A stretch of 18,871 nucleotides of DNA from Nitrosospira multiformis ATCC 25196 (GTDB lineage: Bacteria > Pseudomonadota > Gammaproteobacteria > Burkholderiales > Nitrosomonadaceae): NCBI RefSeq assembly GCF_000196355.1, contig NC_007615.1, positions 1 to 18,871 of the forward strand, written 5' to 3'. The position numbers and the translations under genes are program-made. This document shows, in pieces, positions 7,404-15,806 of this stretch. The first letter of the stretch is position 1. Each line of letters starts with the position of its first letter. Under the pieces are notes generated by a model. That model made no database searches, was not told where the DNA came from, and worked only from the letters and a program-made list of their open reading frames with translations.

Positions 7404-8837
7404 CTATTTTCTCTTGCTTGCAGAAATTTTTTGCGTAGCATCGATCACAACAATCTCTGAGGCTGGTTCTCCACTCTCCAGGAGTGCATCACGTATTGCT
7501 TGTATGGTCGTAAGTTTTTTACCTAAATCGCCATAGTCAAGCACCACGAAGACACCATGGCTGGTGCGTGACGCGTCCTTATAAATCTCAAGCTGTTCTT
7601 TGTACCCATGTACGACAGTGCCCGATGAGCGTTTCATTTCAACAAGAACACGGGCACTATAACCCTTAGAATATTTAAAATCGATTGGTCCTCCACCCAT
7701 ATTAGCTTCCGGTGAAATGTCAATATCATTGGCTTTACAGAAGCAGTCGGTAATTGCAAAGTAAATTAGCTGGGCTGCGCGTTCCTTCTTCGGTTTATCG
7801 TCTATCCAAAGGGCCTCCCAGAGATTGCCCTTTTCTACATGATGCTTGAACATATCCATTGTGTCGTTTACGACACGATGGATTTCATCGATACCCTTCT
7901 CAATTTCATATTTTTTATTGGATTTAAGTTCATATTCTTTGCTACCAAGTATCCTCCTCAATGTGTAGTAGCCTAGAACATCACTGTTCGGATCATAATA
8001 TGCCGCATTCTCTTTAATGGCGGCAATAAAGGCTTCGAAAAGTTCTTTGGATTGAAGTGCTGCTTCACGGACAGCCTTTTTGAGATCATCAACTTTTGGG
8101 CGAGTAATACCTGCCAGGAGATGATTTACCCGTGCTCGGATGGCAGCGTTAGCGTCTATTGCTGCCTCAATATCCGACCAATCATTAGCCATTGGTAACT
8201 CCCGAACAATATCAGCGGGCACAAGCACAATCGCCCGCTCTTTTCCATTTGCAGAGGTGTAATGGGGTAATGGGATATCAGGAGAGGTATCTGACGTCTT
8301 TAACGTAATACCCAGAGGTGTGCAAAATTCATGGGTGAGCTTCGCGAGCTGTGGCTCAATTATTCTGGAAGTTAGGTCACTGATAGTATCTGCGCCGACT
8401 TTTTCTTCAAAAAAGCCCATAAGTGAAATCATCTCAGGATCTTGAGAGCCAAGCTCAATAATTTCTTTAGCTGTTCGAAGAATCGCGTTACGAATTTCTT
8501 CAGGGCGGGAAGTGCCAGGACGGTCGCTCCTTCCATAACCAAGGCCATTTGCAGGAGCTTCGCGAAGGTTAAATTGATTCTGGGCAGCCCTCCAAGCTGC
8601 ATCCCCCTCCTTCTTAGAAATGGCAAGCAGTCTAATTACATTTTCAAAATATTTCCTAAATGCTTTGTACGCTTCCTCACTAATGATCTTGTTTGAGCAT
8701 TTATCAAGCAAGATGGGATCAATGAACAAGCGCGTATCAACCGTCAGAAAGGGGTCGATCAATCCTGCCTTTGCAAGTTCATCCGGCGCAATTTTGAAAT
8801 GTTTGGAGAAAAGAAGGGGATTTGAGAAAGATGCCAT
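7404..8837 (-). CDS. Stand-alone large protein with C-terminal PD-(D/E)XK-like nuclease motif (candidate defense/restriction-like)
   Basis: 477 aa; GGGPIDFKYSKGYSARVLVEMKRSSGTVVHGYKEQLEIYK fits the D...ExK core of restriction-like nucleases. Confidence 0.6.
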   Translation of the reverse strand: MASFSNPLLFSKHFKIAPDELAKAGLIDPFLTVDTRLFIDPILLDKCSNKIISEEAYKAFRKYFENVIRLLAISKKEGDAAWRAAQNQFNLREAPANGLGYGRSDRPGTSRPEEIRNAILRTAKEIIELGSQDPEMISLMGFFEEKVGADTISDLTSRIIEPQLAKLTHEFCTPLGITLKTSDTSPDIPLPHYTSANGKERAIVLVPADIVRELPMANDWSDIEAAIDANAAIRARVNHLLAGITRPKVDDLKKAVREAALQSKELFEAFIAAIKENAAYYDPNSDVLGYYTLRRILGSKEYELKSNKKYEIEKGIDEIHRVVNDTMDMFKHHVEKGNLWEALWIDDKPKKERAAQLIYFAITDCFCKANDIDISPEANMGGGPIDFKYSKGYSARVLVEMKRSSGTVVHGYKEQLEIYKDASRTSHGVFVVLDYGDLGKKLTTIQAIRDALLESGEPASEIVVIDATQKISASKRK

Positions 8838-8996
8838 AATTTCGCTAAATAGAATTGAGCGAAAACTTATTTCGCCGCATTAAAACAATCTGCTATTGAG
8901 AGGAGCCGTTTAGATTGTAAGTTTTACGGCTGAGCAAGCAATTGGACTTAGGTACACCTGTCGCTGAGTATGGGTATTGAAGTTCTGTTGAGTCGC

Positions 8997-9042
8997 GGTA
9001 AATCTACTATTGATAAAATACGTTATCAATAGTAGATTTACC
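8997..9042. repeat. Perfect 20-bp inverted repeat with 6-nt centre: candidate tyrosine recombinase core site (dif-like)
   Basis: GGTAAATCTACTATTGATAA (8997-9016) - AATACG - TTATCAATAGTAGATTTACC (9023-9042); inner TAA-N6-TTA geometry as in Xer/dif sites; ends 2 nt before the recombinase ATG. Confidence 0.85.
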
Positions 9043-9044
9043 CA

Positions 9045-10016
9045 ATGACAACTCAAAACCCCGATTCCCAAAATGCCCTGCCTGCTACTAATCGGCGGCT
9101 TACTGCCGTTGCCTATCAGCGCCTCGCCGACATACCCCCTGAAATTGAATGGTTCGCCAACCTTCCGAATGATGCAACCCGCCGCGCTTACAACAATGCG
9201 CTAAAGGATTTTATGGGCTTTACTGACATCACCCGGCCTGATGAATTCCGTAGCGTAACCCGTGCGCATGTAATTGCCTGGCGCGACGAGCTGGTTAAAC
9301 GCTCTTTAAGTGGAACGACCATCCGCCACCGTCTCGCCGCTTTATCCTCTCTGTTCGAGTATTTATGCGAAAGAAACGCGGTAACCCATAATCCTGTGAA
9401 GGGGGTGAAGCGTCCCCCGGTGGAAAGCTATGAAGGTAAAACTCCGGCTCTTGGCGATCACCAGGCGCGTGCGCTGCTCGATGCTCCGCATAGTCTCTCA
9501 CTCAAGGGCAAGCGTGACCGTGCCTTGCTTGCTACCCTGCTCTACCATGCGCTGCGGCGCGACGAGCTATGCAGGCTCACCGTCAAGGATTTCAGGCATG
9601 AACGGCGTGGGGTCCGTCACTTGCGGGTCCTGGGTAAAGGCGGCAAGACCCGTTATATCCCGTTACACCCTGCCGCCAGCACTCTCATCACCGAGTATCT
9701 GGAAGCAGCGGGACATGGCGCGGAAGATTCAGCTCCCCTTTTCCACCCCGTCAGTAATAACTGCGCTGGGGTTTCAAGCAAGGCCCTTACGCCCGACGGG
9801 GTTTATAAGCTGGTACGCGAATATTCTTCAAACCTTGGTTTTGAAATTGGCCCGCACTCCTTGCGGGCTACCGCTGCGACTAACGCCCTGGACCATCAGG
9901 CCGATATTTCCAAAGTGCAGGAATGGCTGGGCCATGCCAATATCTCCACTACCCGCATTTATGACCACCGCAGGAGCCGACCCGAGGATAGTCCGACGTT
10001 TAAGGTTAGTTATTAA
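9045..10016 (+). CDS. Tyrosine recombinase/integrase (XerC/D-like)
   Basis: 323 aa; SAM-like N-domain; catalytic motifs ALRRDEL, GKGGKTRYIPL, HSLRATAAT, LGHANISTTRIYDH. Confidence 0.93.
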   Translation: MTTQNPDSQNALPATNRRLTAVAYQRLADIPPEIEWFANLPNDATRRAYNNALKDFMGFTDITRPDEFRSVTRAHVIAWRDELVKRSLSGTTIRHRLAALSSLFEYLCERNAVTHNPVKGVKRPPVESYEGKTPALGDHQARALLDAPHSLSLKGKRDRALLATLLYHALRRDELCRLTVKDFRHERRGVRHLRVLGKGGKTRYIPLHPAASTLITEYLEAAGHGAEDSAPLFHPVSNNCAGVSSKALTPDGVYKLVREYSSNLGFEIGPHSLRATAATNALDHQADISKVQEWLGHANISTTRIYDHRRSRPEDSPTFKVSY

Positions 10017-10327
10017 AATTCTCTGTTATGGGGTGACGGGTGTGTAGTACGGCCAGGAAAGGCGGCCAGCGGCTCTAATTGTTTGCACCTATCTAGGCCG
10101 TCGCGATCATAAGCGACGGACATTTCGCTTTCTGCTTAACAATTCGTAGGCTACAGCGACGAATGTTTATTTGATGCTCTAATGGTTCGACCTTGCGCCG
10201 GCTTTAAACGGTCAGAACGAGGCTGCTTGATAGCTCGGCTTGAGCGCACATTGAGAAGGTGAAAAGATCGATATATCACGGGCAAGGTGGAGGAAGAGCC
10301 GGTGGTAAAGGGGAGGATGCTGTAAGC

Positions 10328-10930
10328 TTAATTCTTAATTAAGATTCCAATAGGAATAAAGGGGGCATGGTTATATATTTGAAGCCCACGAACTTCAGAA
10401 AATTCTGAGGCTGATCTATAAGTTTTAAATAAACCAAATTTATTTATTGTTTTACTCAGGTAATTTTGAAAGAAGGGTATTTCACTTATTTTACCACACC
10501 CACTTAGGCCGCTAATTAAACCACGTAAATCTAGGATGTCGAATCCCATTAGTCGCCATCCCATATTTATAAGGGCAGTTTCCGAAGGCTGCTCCTCAAA
10601 CCATCCAAACCCATAGTGTTCTCTAAGGGCAATAGTATTTATTTCTAAACATGTCAACGAAATAAGACTTAATTGATCTATAGAAATATGATTTGATCGA
10701 CAAGTATTTATAAGGTCTTCAATATGCGTCGCAAGTGTTAGAGGATTACTTAAAGCATGAGCGTTATTTTGTATAAGATCATCAACTAGGGGAGGGCGAG
10801 GCCAAATATTTGGGTCGCCACTGATTTGCATGTGATTATTCAAATCCAGAGAAATTCTTAGATCGAATCCCAAACTTATTCTTCGATTCCTCATCATTAT
10901 TGGTGAGGCCAAGTTGTATAATTGCCACAA
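10328..10930 (-). CDS. Candidate cognate immunity protein for the RHS toxin
   Basis: 200-aa low-GC ORF immediately downstream of and overlapping the RHS toxin 3' end, same strand; no recognized homology. Confidence 0.65.
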   Translation of the reverse strand: MWQLYNLASPIMMRNRRISLGFDLRISLDLNNHMQISGDPNIWPRPPLVDDLIQNNAHALSNPLTLATHIEDLINTCRSNHISIDQLSLISLTCLEINTIALREHYGFGWFEEQPSETALINMGWRLMGFDILDLRGLISGLSGCGKISEIPFFQNYLSKTINKFGLFKTYRSASEFSEVRGLQIYNHAPFIPIGILIKN

Positions 10931-13900
10931 TCTTTTATTTCTTCTTTTCCTACTGGAGCTACCGGGGGAAATTGAGTTGTTCCTTTCGATCCACTCCCTC
11001 TATTCCAATAGCATTGACAAGTGTTAGGATTTTGTCCACGACTCCAAATATGATAGTGTGGATCCCACCCATTATGTGTGTGTCCAGTGTCGGGTTCATA
11101 ACATTGGGTTCCCTGAGGTGGATTACAGGGGGGGCAAATAGGTGGTTGAGCAGTTTTATTCTGAGCCGTTTTGGATTCTGAGTTTCCTGAGCACGCGTCA
11201 TATATCGTTGCTCCAGTGATTAAAATAGCCCAACCAGCCCACTTCTGCCAGGCTATATCGCTCGGATCCGGGGTTGCTATGTCAGAACTGGCCCCGCCAA
11301 GTATCCAAGGAAGTGCCCTCAGACCTAAAGGATCAATCATATTAATTGGATTTCCTCCCACATACCCATAAAGATTTAATCCTCCTTTTTCTCCAATCGG
11401 GTCACGCGATAGCCACTTCGCCGTTTTCGGGTCATAGGCCCGGAAATTCGTCAGGTACAATCCGCTCTGCTGATGATAGAACATCCCCGCATAGCGAAAG
11501 TCAACTGAAATCCGCCCACTCCCCGCTATCTGGTTTCCATAAGGATCATAGTCGTAGCTTGCCACCTTGGCCCCATTCTGGGCCGCCATCACGTCCCGCA
11601 CCGAGCCTAGATGGTCAGTGCCGTAATAAAGCAGAGTGCCGCCCTGCGGAATTGCCATGCCTTGCGGGTAATAGCGGCGTGTGACCACATCGCCTGCCGT
11701 TCTGGCCTGGCACAGCGTAGCGCCGCACCAGAGATGACGGGTTTCTGTTATTGCTCCTCCATTATTTTCGACAATAGCCAGCCGCCGCCCCATGCCATCG
11801 TAGCGGAACGTGGTCGCCTTGCTGGGATCGTTCTTGTAGCTGATGGAGAGCAGACGGTTTTCGGCATCCCACTGATAGGTGCGGACTCCGTCATCCTTCA
11901 GATTGCCGTTGGCGTCGTAACTGAAGCTTTCACTGTTAAAACTCGTCAATTGGTTGACGGTGTTGTAATGCGTCAACGCGCCATTGAGGGAAGTCAGGTT
12001 GTCAGCGGCGTCATAACCATAGCTGAAGCTTCCCCCGGATGAAGGCTGGGCGGAGAGGAGGCGGTCAGCGCCATCATAGGCGTAGTGCCAGCTCTTCTGC
12101 GCTGCTCCCCCCGCAGTTTCCGTCAGAGTGGAAATCTGGTTTTCCGGGGTGGTGGCATAGTGGAAACCGCGCGCCAGACCGCTGTTCGTGATCGACTTCA
12201 GGCGGCGGTCATGGGTGTTGTCCTCATAGCCCCACTGCGTTCCCACAGCCCCGGCCTGCTGGCTTAAAAGCTGCCCAGTCTGACCCAGATAGCTGAAATT
12301 GAAGGAGCCCAGCGGATTGGTATGCTGGGTGACGCGGTCGAGCCTGTCATAGGCAAAGGACTCGGTTATCGTATCCACCTTGCGGCTGGTCATCCGCCCC
12401 AATGCATCGTACTGGTAGGAAATCTCGTCATTGGTATAAGGCCCGTTCTCACCTGTCAGCTTGAGCGCCCCCAGGGAGCCGACAGCGCCATACTGGAACT
12501 GGGTGGTTCCCGCCCCATCGGTCATGGTGGTTCTGCGCGGGAAATAGGGGTCGTAGGCGAAGCTTACGCCCGGTGTGGGACTTATAGCATTGGCATAACT
12601 CAGCGCCGCGAGCCGGTCGTCCTTCGTATAGCCATACTGCCTGGTCTGTCCCAAAGCGTCGGTTACGCTTATCAGGCGGCTTGCGCTGTCATAGGCATAG
12701 GTTTCCCTGGAATCGTCGGCATAAACCTTGGCAATGGGGCGGCTCTGGATATCGATATCCCAGCGCGTCATGTTCCCGTTGCCGTCGGTGATGCTGCGCA
12801 ACACCCCGTTACGGTAATAGCTGTAACTGGTGGTCTGACCCGCAGGATCGGTCATCGAGGTCATGCGCCGGTTGGCGTCATAGCTGTAGCTCGTGGCCCT
12901 CCCCATCCTATCTTTTGTTTCTACCAGGTCGAGCAGGTCATAGGTATTCAGCGTGCTGGTTCCATCGGGATAGAGGATTTGCGTAACCCGGTCGAGGGCG
13001 TCGTATTCATAGGCCAGGGTGTGGCCTTCCGAATCGGTGGCGGTGGCAACGCGGTCGAAGGCGTCATAGGTGAAGCTGTGCTGCACCGCGTTATCCGGGT
13101 TGGTGATCGATATCAGCCGTCCCAGCCCATCATAGGCATAGCGCGTGGTCTGCCCGAGCGCGTCGGTCACGCCCGTTACCTGGCCATCCGAGTTGTAGGT
13201 ATAGGAAGTTGTCTTTCCCGCCGCATCGGTCGCAGTCAGGGGAAGGTGCTGGCTGTTGTAGGTGAAGGCCGCCAGCGTGGCCTGGCCGCTGCCCGTGGTC
13301 TGCTGGATGGAAGTAAGATCGATGTCATTGGAAGCGTAGGTAAAGGAAGTCTTGCGTCCTGTAGGATCTATGGCTGTGAGCGGCTTGCCGATGCTGTTAT
13401 AGGTAAATCTTCTTGCTTGCGTGGAGCCGTCATCTAATACTCGGCCGATTGCTATCGGTGTCCCGGCAGTTCCTTCCATGATGGAATTACCTTGTCCCGG
13501 GTAGGTATTCCAGACGCGGCGCTCAAGGGGCTGTTTGCTGCTTTCTATGATCGGCGAGGTCTGTCCAGCCGGGTTATGGAGCCAGTGAATGATTCGGGCT
13601 TGGGTGTAATCGGTATGAGTGATAGCATAAAGATGCTTGTCCCAGTGGAAAGTATTACGGTAGTAAAGAAAACCGTTCAGTATCCCCATGCCAGCCGGAG
13701 CCACAGGATCACCATTGGGTATGCCGGAAGCAAAATGCCGGAATTCCAGTCGTTCGGTAAAACCCATCGGATCGGTCATTTCCAAGAAGCGTGAGTTTTC
13801 ATAGATGTTCTGCCCATAGGTGAAATGATGGGTACCATAGGGTGTCGTCATTTCATTGATGAGCCCCCCCGTATCGTATTTGAAGGAGGAAGTAATGCCG

Positions 13901-15696
13901 ATCACATCGGTGATCGAGGCGAGACGTCTGTTTGTGTCGTATGTCAGTTCGGCACGGCGTCCGAATGGATCGGTTATTCCGGTTACGAGCAGGGGATTGG
14001 CAGGGAACTCATAACTGAAGATGGTGTTGCGGCCAGTGGCATCCGTGAGCGATACCAGGCGCAACTGATTGTCATAATTGAACGTTAGCGCGTTACCCGA
14101 AGGATCGATTATTTGGCTTAAGAACATGCGGCGCGGGTATACGGTTGCGCCATCGCTCTGGGCGAATACCTGCTTGCTTCCATCGGGCATGCGCAATTCA
14201 TAGGAAGTGGCGGGACCGGTGGCGGGTATGCGAACCAGCACTGCCTGACCCTGACGTTCAGGCGAGAACGCGCCGGATGCCGTTGAATAGCTGTAGCCGA
14301 TCGAATAATCCACCGATCCCCCGCCTGCCGCATAGCGCAGAACTGAGCGGCCCGGCGAGTCGGGAGTATCCTGAACCCAGGACAGCACGTTCAGTGTCCA
14401 TTTGGGGCTGATATTGAAAAAGCTGAAATTGGCTGGCTGGCTGGCTTCGCGCTGATTGTAGGTCAGGCTGATTTTGGCGGAAGGCCCCTTCGGCGGCTGG
14501 TACCCGACCGGAACGTCGCTTAAGTTCAGGCTCACCAGCATCATTTTAGCGTTCACTACACACATGGCTGGTGGTGACGCTGCGGAGCCAGTGAGAGGAA
14601 CAGGGCCTTTTGGATTGGAGCAGGTCAAGTTGCTATCAAGCTTCTGTGTCGTACCGGGCTGATTAACACTTGTCTGTCCCATTCCATAGATACGCCTTGC
14701 CTCTTCAGGAGTGGCCATACGCCAGGACGCAACTTTCTGGGTTCCAGCCGGAACCAGGAAATACCCGCTTGCCTCCGCATCGATGGCCTCCTTGGTGAGC
14801 CAGGCATCCCCGCTTGCGAAGGTGGGATCCTGGACATGGTAGAGGCCGTTCTGCTCACCGATGATGGCAGCATAATGATTCAGTTTCCAGTTCACCACTG
14901 AGGGGACGGGGATGGGCTGTCCGGGAGCACGGAAAATCAGCCGATGAGGTACGTTGGCCTTGCTTGCCAGCTCCGATACCTGGGCAAGCGTGTAGCCATG
15001 CGGACCTGAGCGCGCCGCATCCATGATGGCGATTTTTGCCGGATCGGCCTGGGCCGAGACCAGCAGACTCTTGAGCGCCATGGGACCGCAAAGGTAAGCC
15101 TTGTCGTACTCGTTTCGGAACATCCACAGGCTTTCATGAGCGTCCGTGATCAATTCCGTGGCGGGACCGCTGATGGGCCGGTCCTTGATATCGGCAAGCA
15201 GTTTTTCAAGCTCGTCCGCATGTCCCAGGCGGGAGTGCATGCGCATCAGCTCCCCCATGGCGCGGTCTGCCAGCATCTTGCCCATAGGATTATCGGCGGG
15301 ACGAGTTCTTTCCGTCTGCCAGGCCCGCTCCCACGCATTTATCGCCCTGGAGAAATAGCCCTGGCGGTAATAGGCAAGCCCCAGATTGGCGAGAATCCCG
15401 ACATTCCATCCCGAGCGCGGATACTCTTTAAGGAAAGTCTCGAATACGGCCAGATCTTCAAAAGACGACTGGCTGCGATGGGTGGAGATGGCTTCCGCGA
15501 GGGCCCGGTCTTCCTTCGGCGTGGTTCCATACATGGGAACCAGAGGCTCCTCGAATCCATCCACCTTGAGAAGCGGAAGAGGCGCGGGGTTTTCTGGAGG
15601 GGCGGCATGGAGGAGAGGGCTTGCCAGCAAAAGCAGCGTGGCAAAAAGAGAGGGAATGAAACGGGAAACGGCCATACTGGACCAGAGGCGAGCCAT
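10897..15696 (-). CDS. Exported RHS/YD-repeat polymorphic toxin with N-terminal C39-like peptidase and C-terminal toxin tip
   Basis: 1599 aa; signal peptide (SLFATLLLLASPLLHAA); C39-like CGPMALKSLL...NWKLNHYAAIIGEQNGLYHVQDP; many YD repeats (TSYTYNSDGQVTGVTDALGQTTRYAYDGLGRL); RHS core terminus YLTNFRAYDPKTAKWLSRDPIGEKGGLNLYGYVGGNPINMIDPLG; RBS aggag. Confidence 0.93.
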   Translation of the reverse strand: MARLWSSMAVSRFIPSLFATLLLLASPLLHAAPPENPAPLPLLKVDGFEEPLVPMYGTTPKEDRALAEAISTHRSQSSFEDLAVFETFLKEYPRSGWNVGILANLGLAYYRQGYFSRAINAWERAWQTERTRPADNPMGKMLADRAMGELMRMHSRLGHADELEKLLADIKDRPISGPATELITDAHESLWMFRNEYDKAYLCGPMALKSLLVSAQADPAKIAIMDAARSGPHGYTLAQVSELASKANVPHRLIFRAPGQPIPVPSVVNWKLNHYAAIIGEQNGLYHVQDPTFASGDAWLTKEAIDAEASGYFLVPAGTQKVASWRMATPEEARRIYGMGQTSVNQPGTTQKLDSNLTCSNPKGPVPLTGSAASPPAMCVVNAKMMLVSLNLSDVPVGYQPPKGPSAKISLTYNQREASQPANFSFFNISPKWTLNVLSWVQDTPDSPGRSVLRYAAGGGSVDYSIGYSYSTASGAFSPERQGQAVLVRIPATGPATSYELRMPDGSKQVFAQSDGATVYPRRMFLSQIIDPSGNALTFNYDNQLRLVSLTDATGRNTIFSYEFPANPLLVTGITDPFGRRAELTYDTNRRLASITDVIGITSSFKYDTGGLINEMTTPYGTHHFTYGQNIYENSRFLEMTDPMGFTERLEFRHFASGIPNGDPVAPAGMGILNGFLYYRNTFHWDKHLYAITHTDYTQARIIHWLHNPAGQTSPIIESSKQPLERRVWNTYPGQGNSIMEGTAGTPIAIGRVLDDGSTQARRFTYNSIGKPLTAIDPTGRKTSFTYASNDIDLTSIQQTTGSGQATLAAFTYNSQHLPLTATDAAGKTTSYTYNSDGQVTGVTDALGQTTRYAYDGLGRLISITNPDNAVQHSFTYDAFDRVATATDSEGHTLAYEYDALDRVTQILYPDGTSTLNTYDLLDLVETKDRMGRATSYSYDANRRMTSMTDPAGQTTSYSYYRNGVLRSITDGNGNMTRWDIDIQSRPIAKVYADDSRETYAYDSASRLISVTDALGQTRQYGYTKDDRLAALSYANAISPTPGVSFAYDPYFPRRTTMTDGAGTTQFQYGAVGSLGALKLTGENGPYTNDEISYQYDALGRMTSRKVDTITESFAYDRLDRVTQHTNPLGSFNFSYLGQTGQLLSQQAGAVGTQWGYEDNTHDRRLKSITNSGLARGFHYATTPENQISTLTETAGGAAQKSWHYAYDGADRLLSAQPSSGGSFSYGYDAADNLTSLNGALTHYNTVNQLTSFNSESFSYDANGNLKDDGVRTYQWDAENRLLSISYKNDPSKATTFRYDGMGRRLAIVENNGGAITETRHLWCGATLCQARTAGDVVTRRYYPQGMAIPQGGTLLYYGTDHLGSVRDVMAAQNGAKVASYDYDPYGNQIAGSGRISVDFRYAGMFYHQQSGLYLTNFRAYDPKTAKWLSRDPIGEKGGLNLYGYVGGNPINMIDPLGLRALPWILGGASSDIATPDPSDIAWQKWAGWAILITGATIYDACSGNSESKTAQNKTAQPPICPPCNPPQGTQCYEPDTGHTHNGWDPHYHIWSRGQNPNTCQCYWNRGSGSKGTTQFPPVAPVGKEEIKDCGNYTTWPHQ

Positions 15697-15806
15697 GCGT
15701 TCTCCTGAAAGAATGTCTGGAATTCCGACCGCATCCTTGAAACAGGGAGGCGGCCTGATCTACATCGTCATGCTGAAACCTTTTGAAACCTTGTTGCCGG
15801 TAATAC

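Noticed and set aside
9430-10047. 205-aa ORF overlapping the recombinase on the same strand
   Set aside because: It lies out of frame within a well-supported tyrosine recombinase; its composition is typical of a shadow ORF.
12322-13437. 371-aa plus-strand ORF and other long plus-strand ORFs (11171-15817) opposite the RHS gene
   Set aside because: They mirror the codon bias of the repetitive high-GC RHS CDS on the minus strand, carry no recognizable domains and have no clear RBS.
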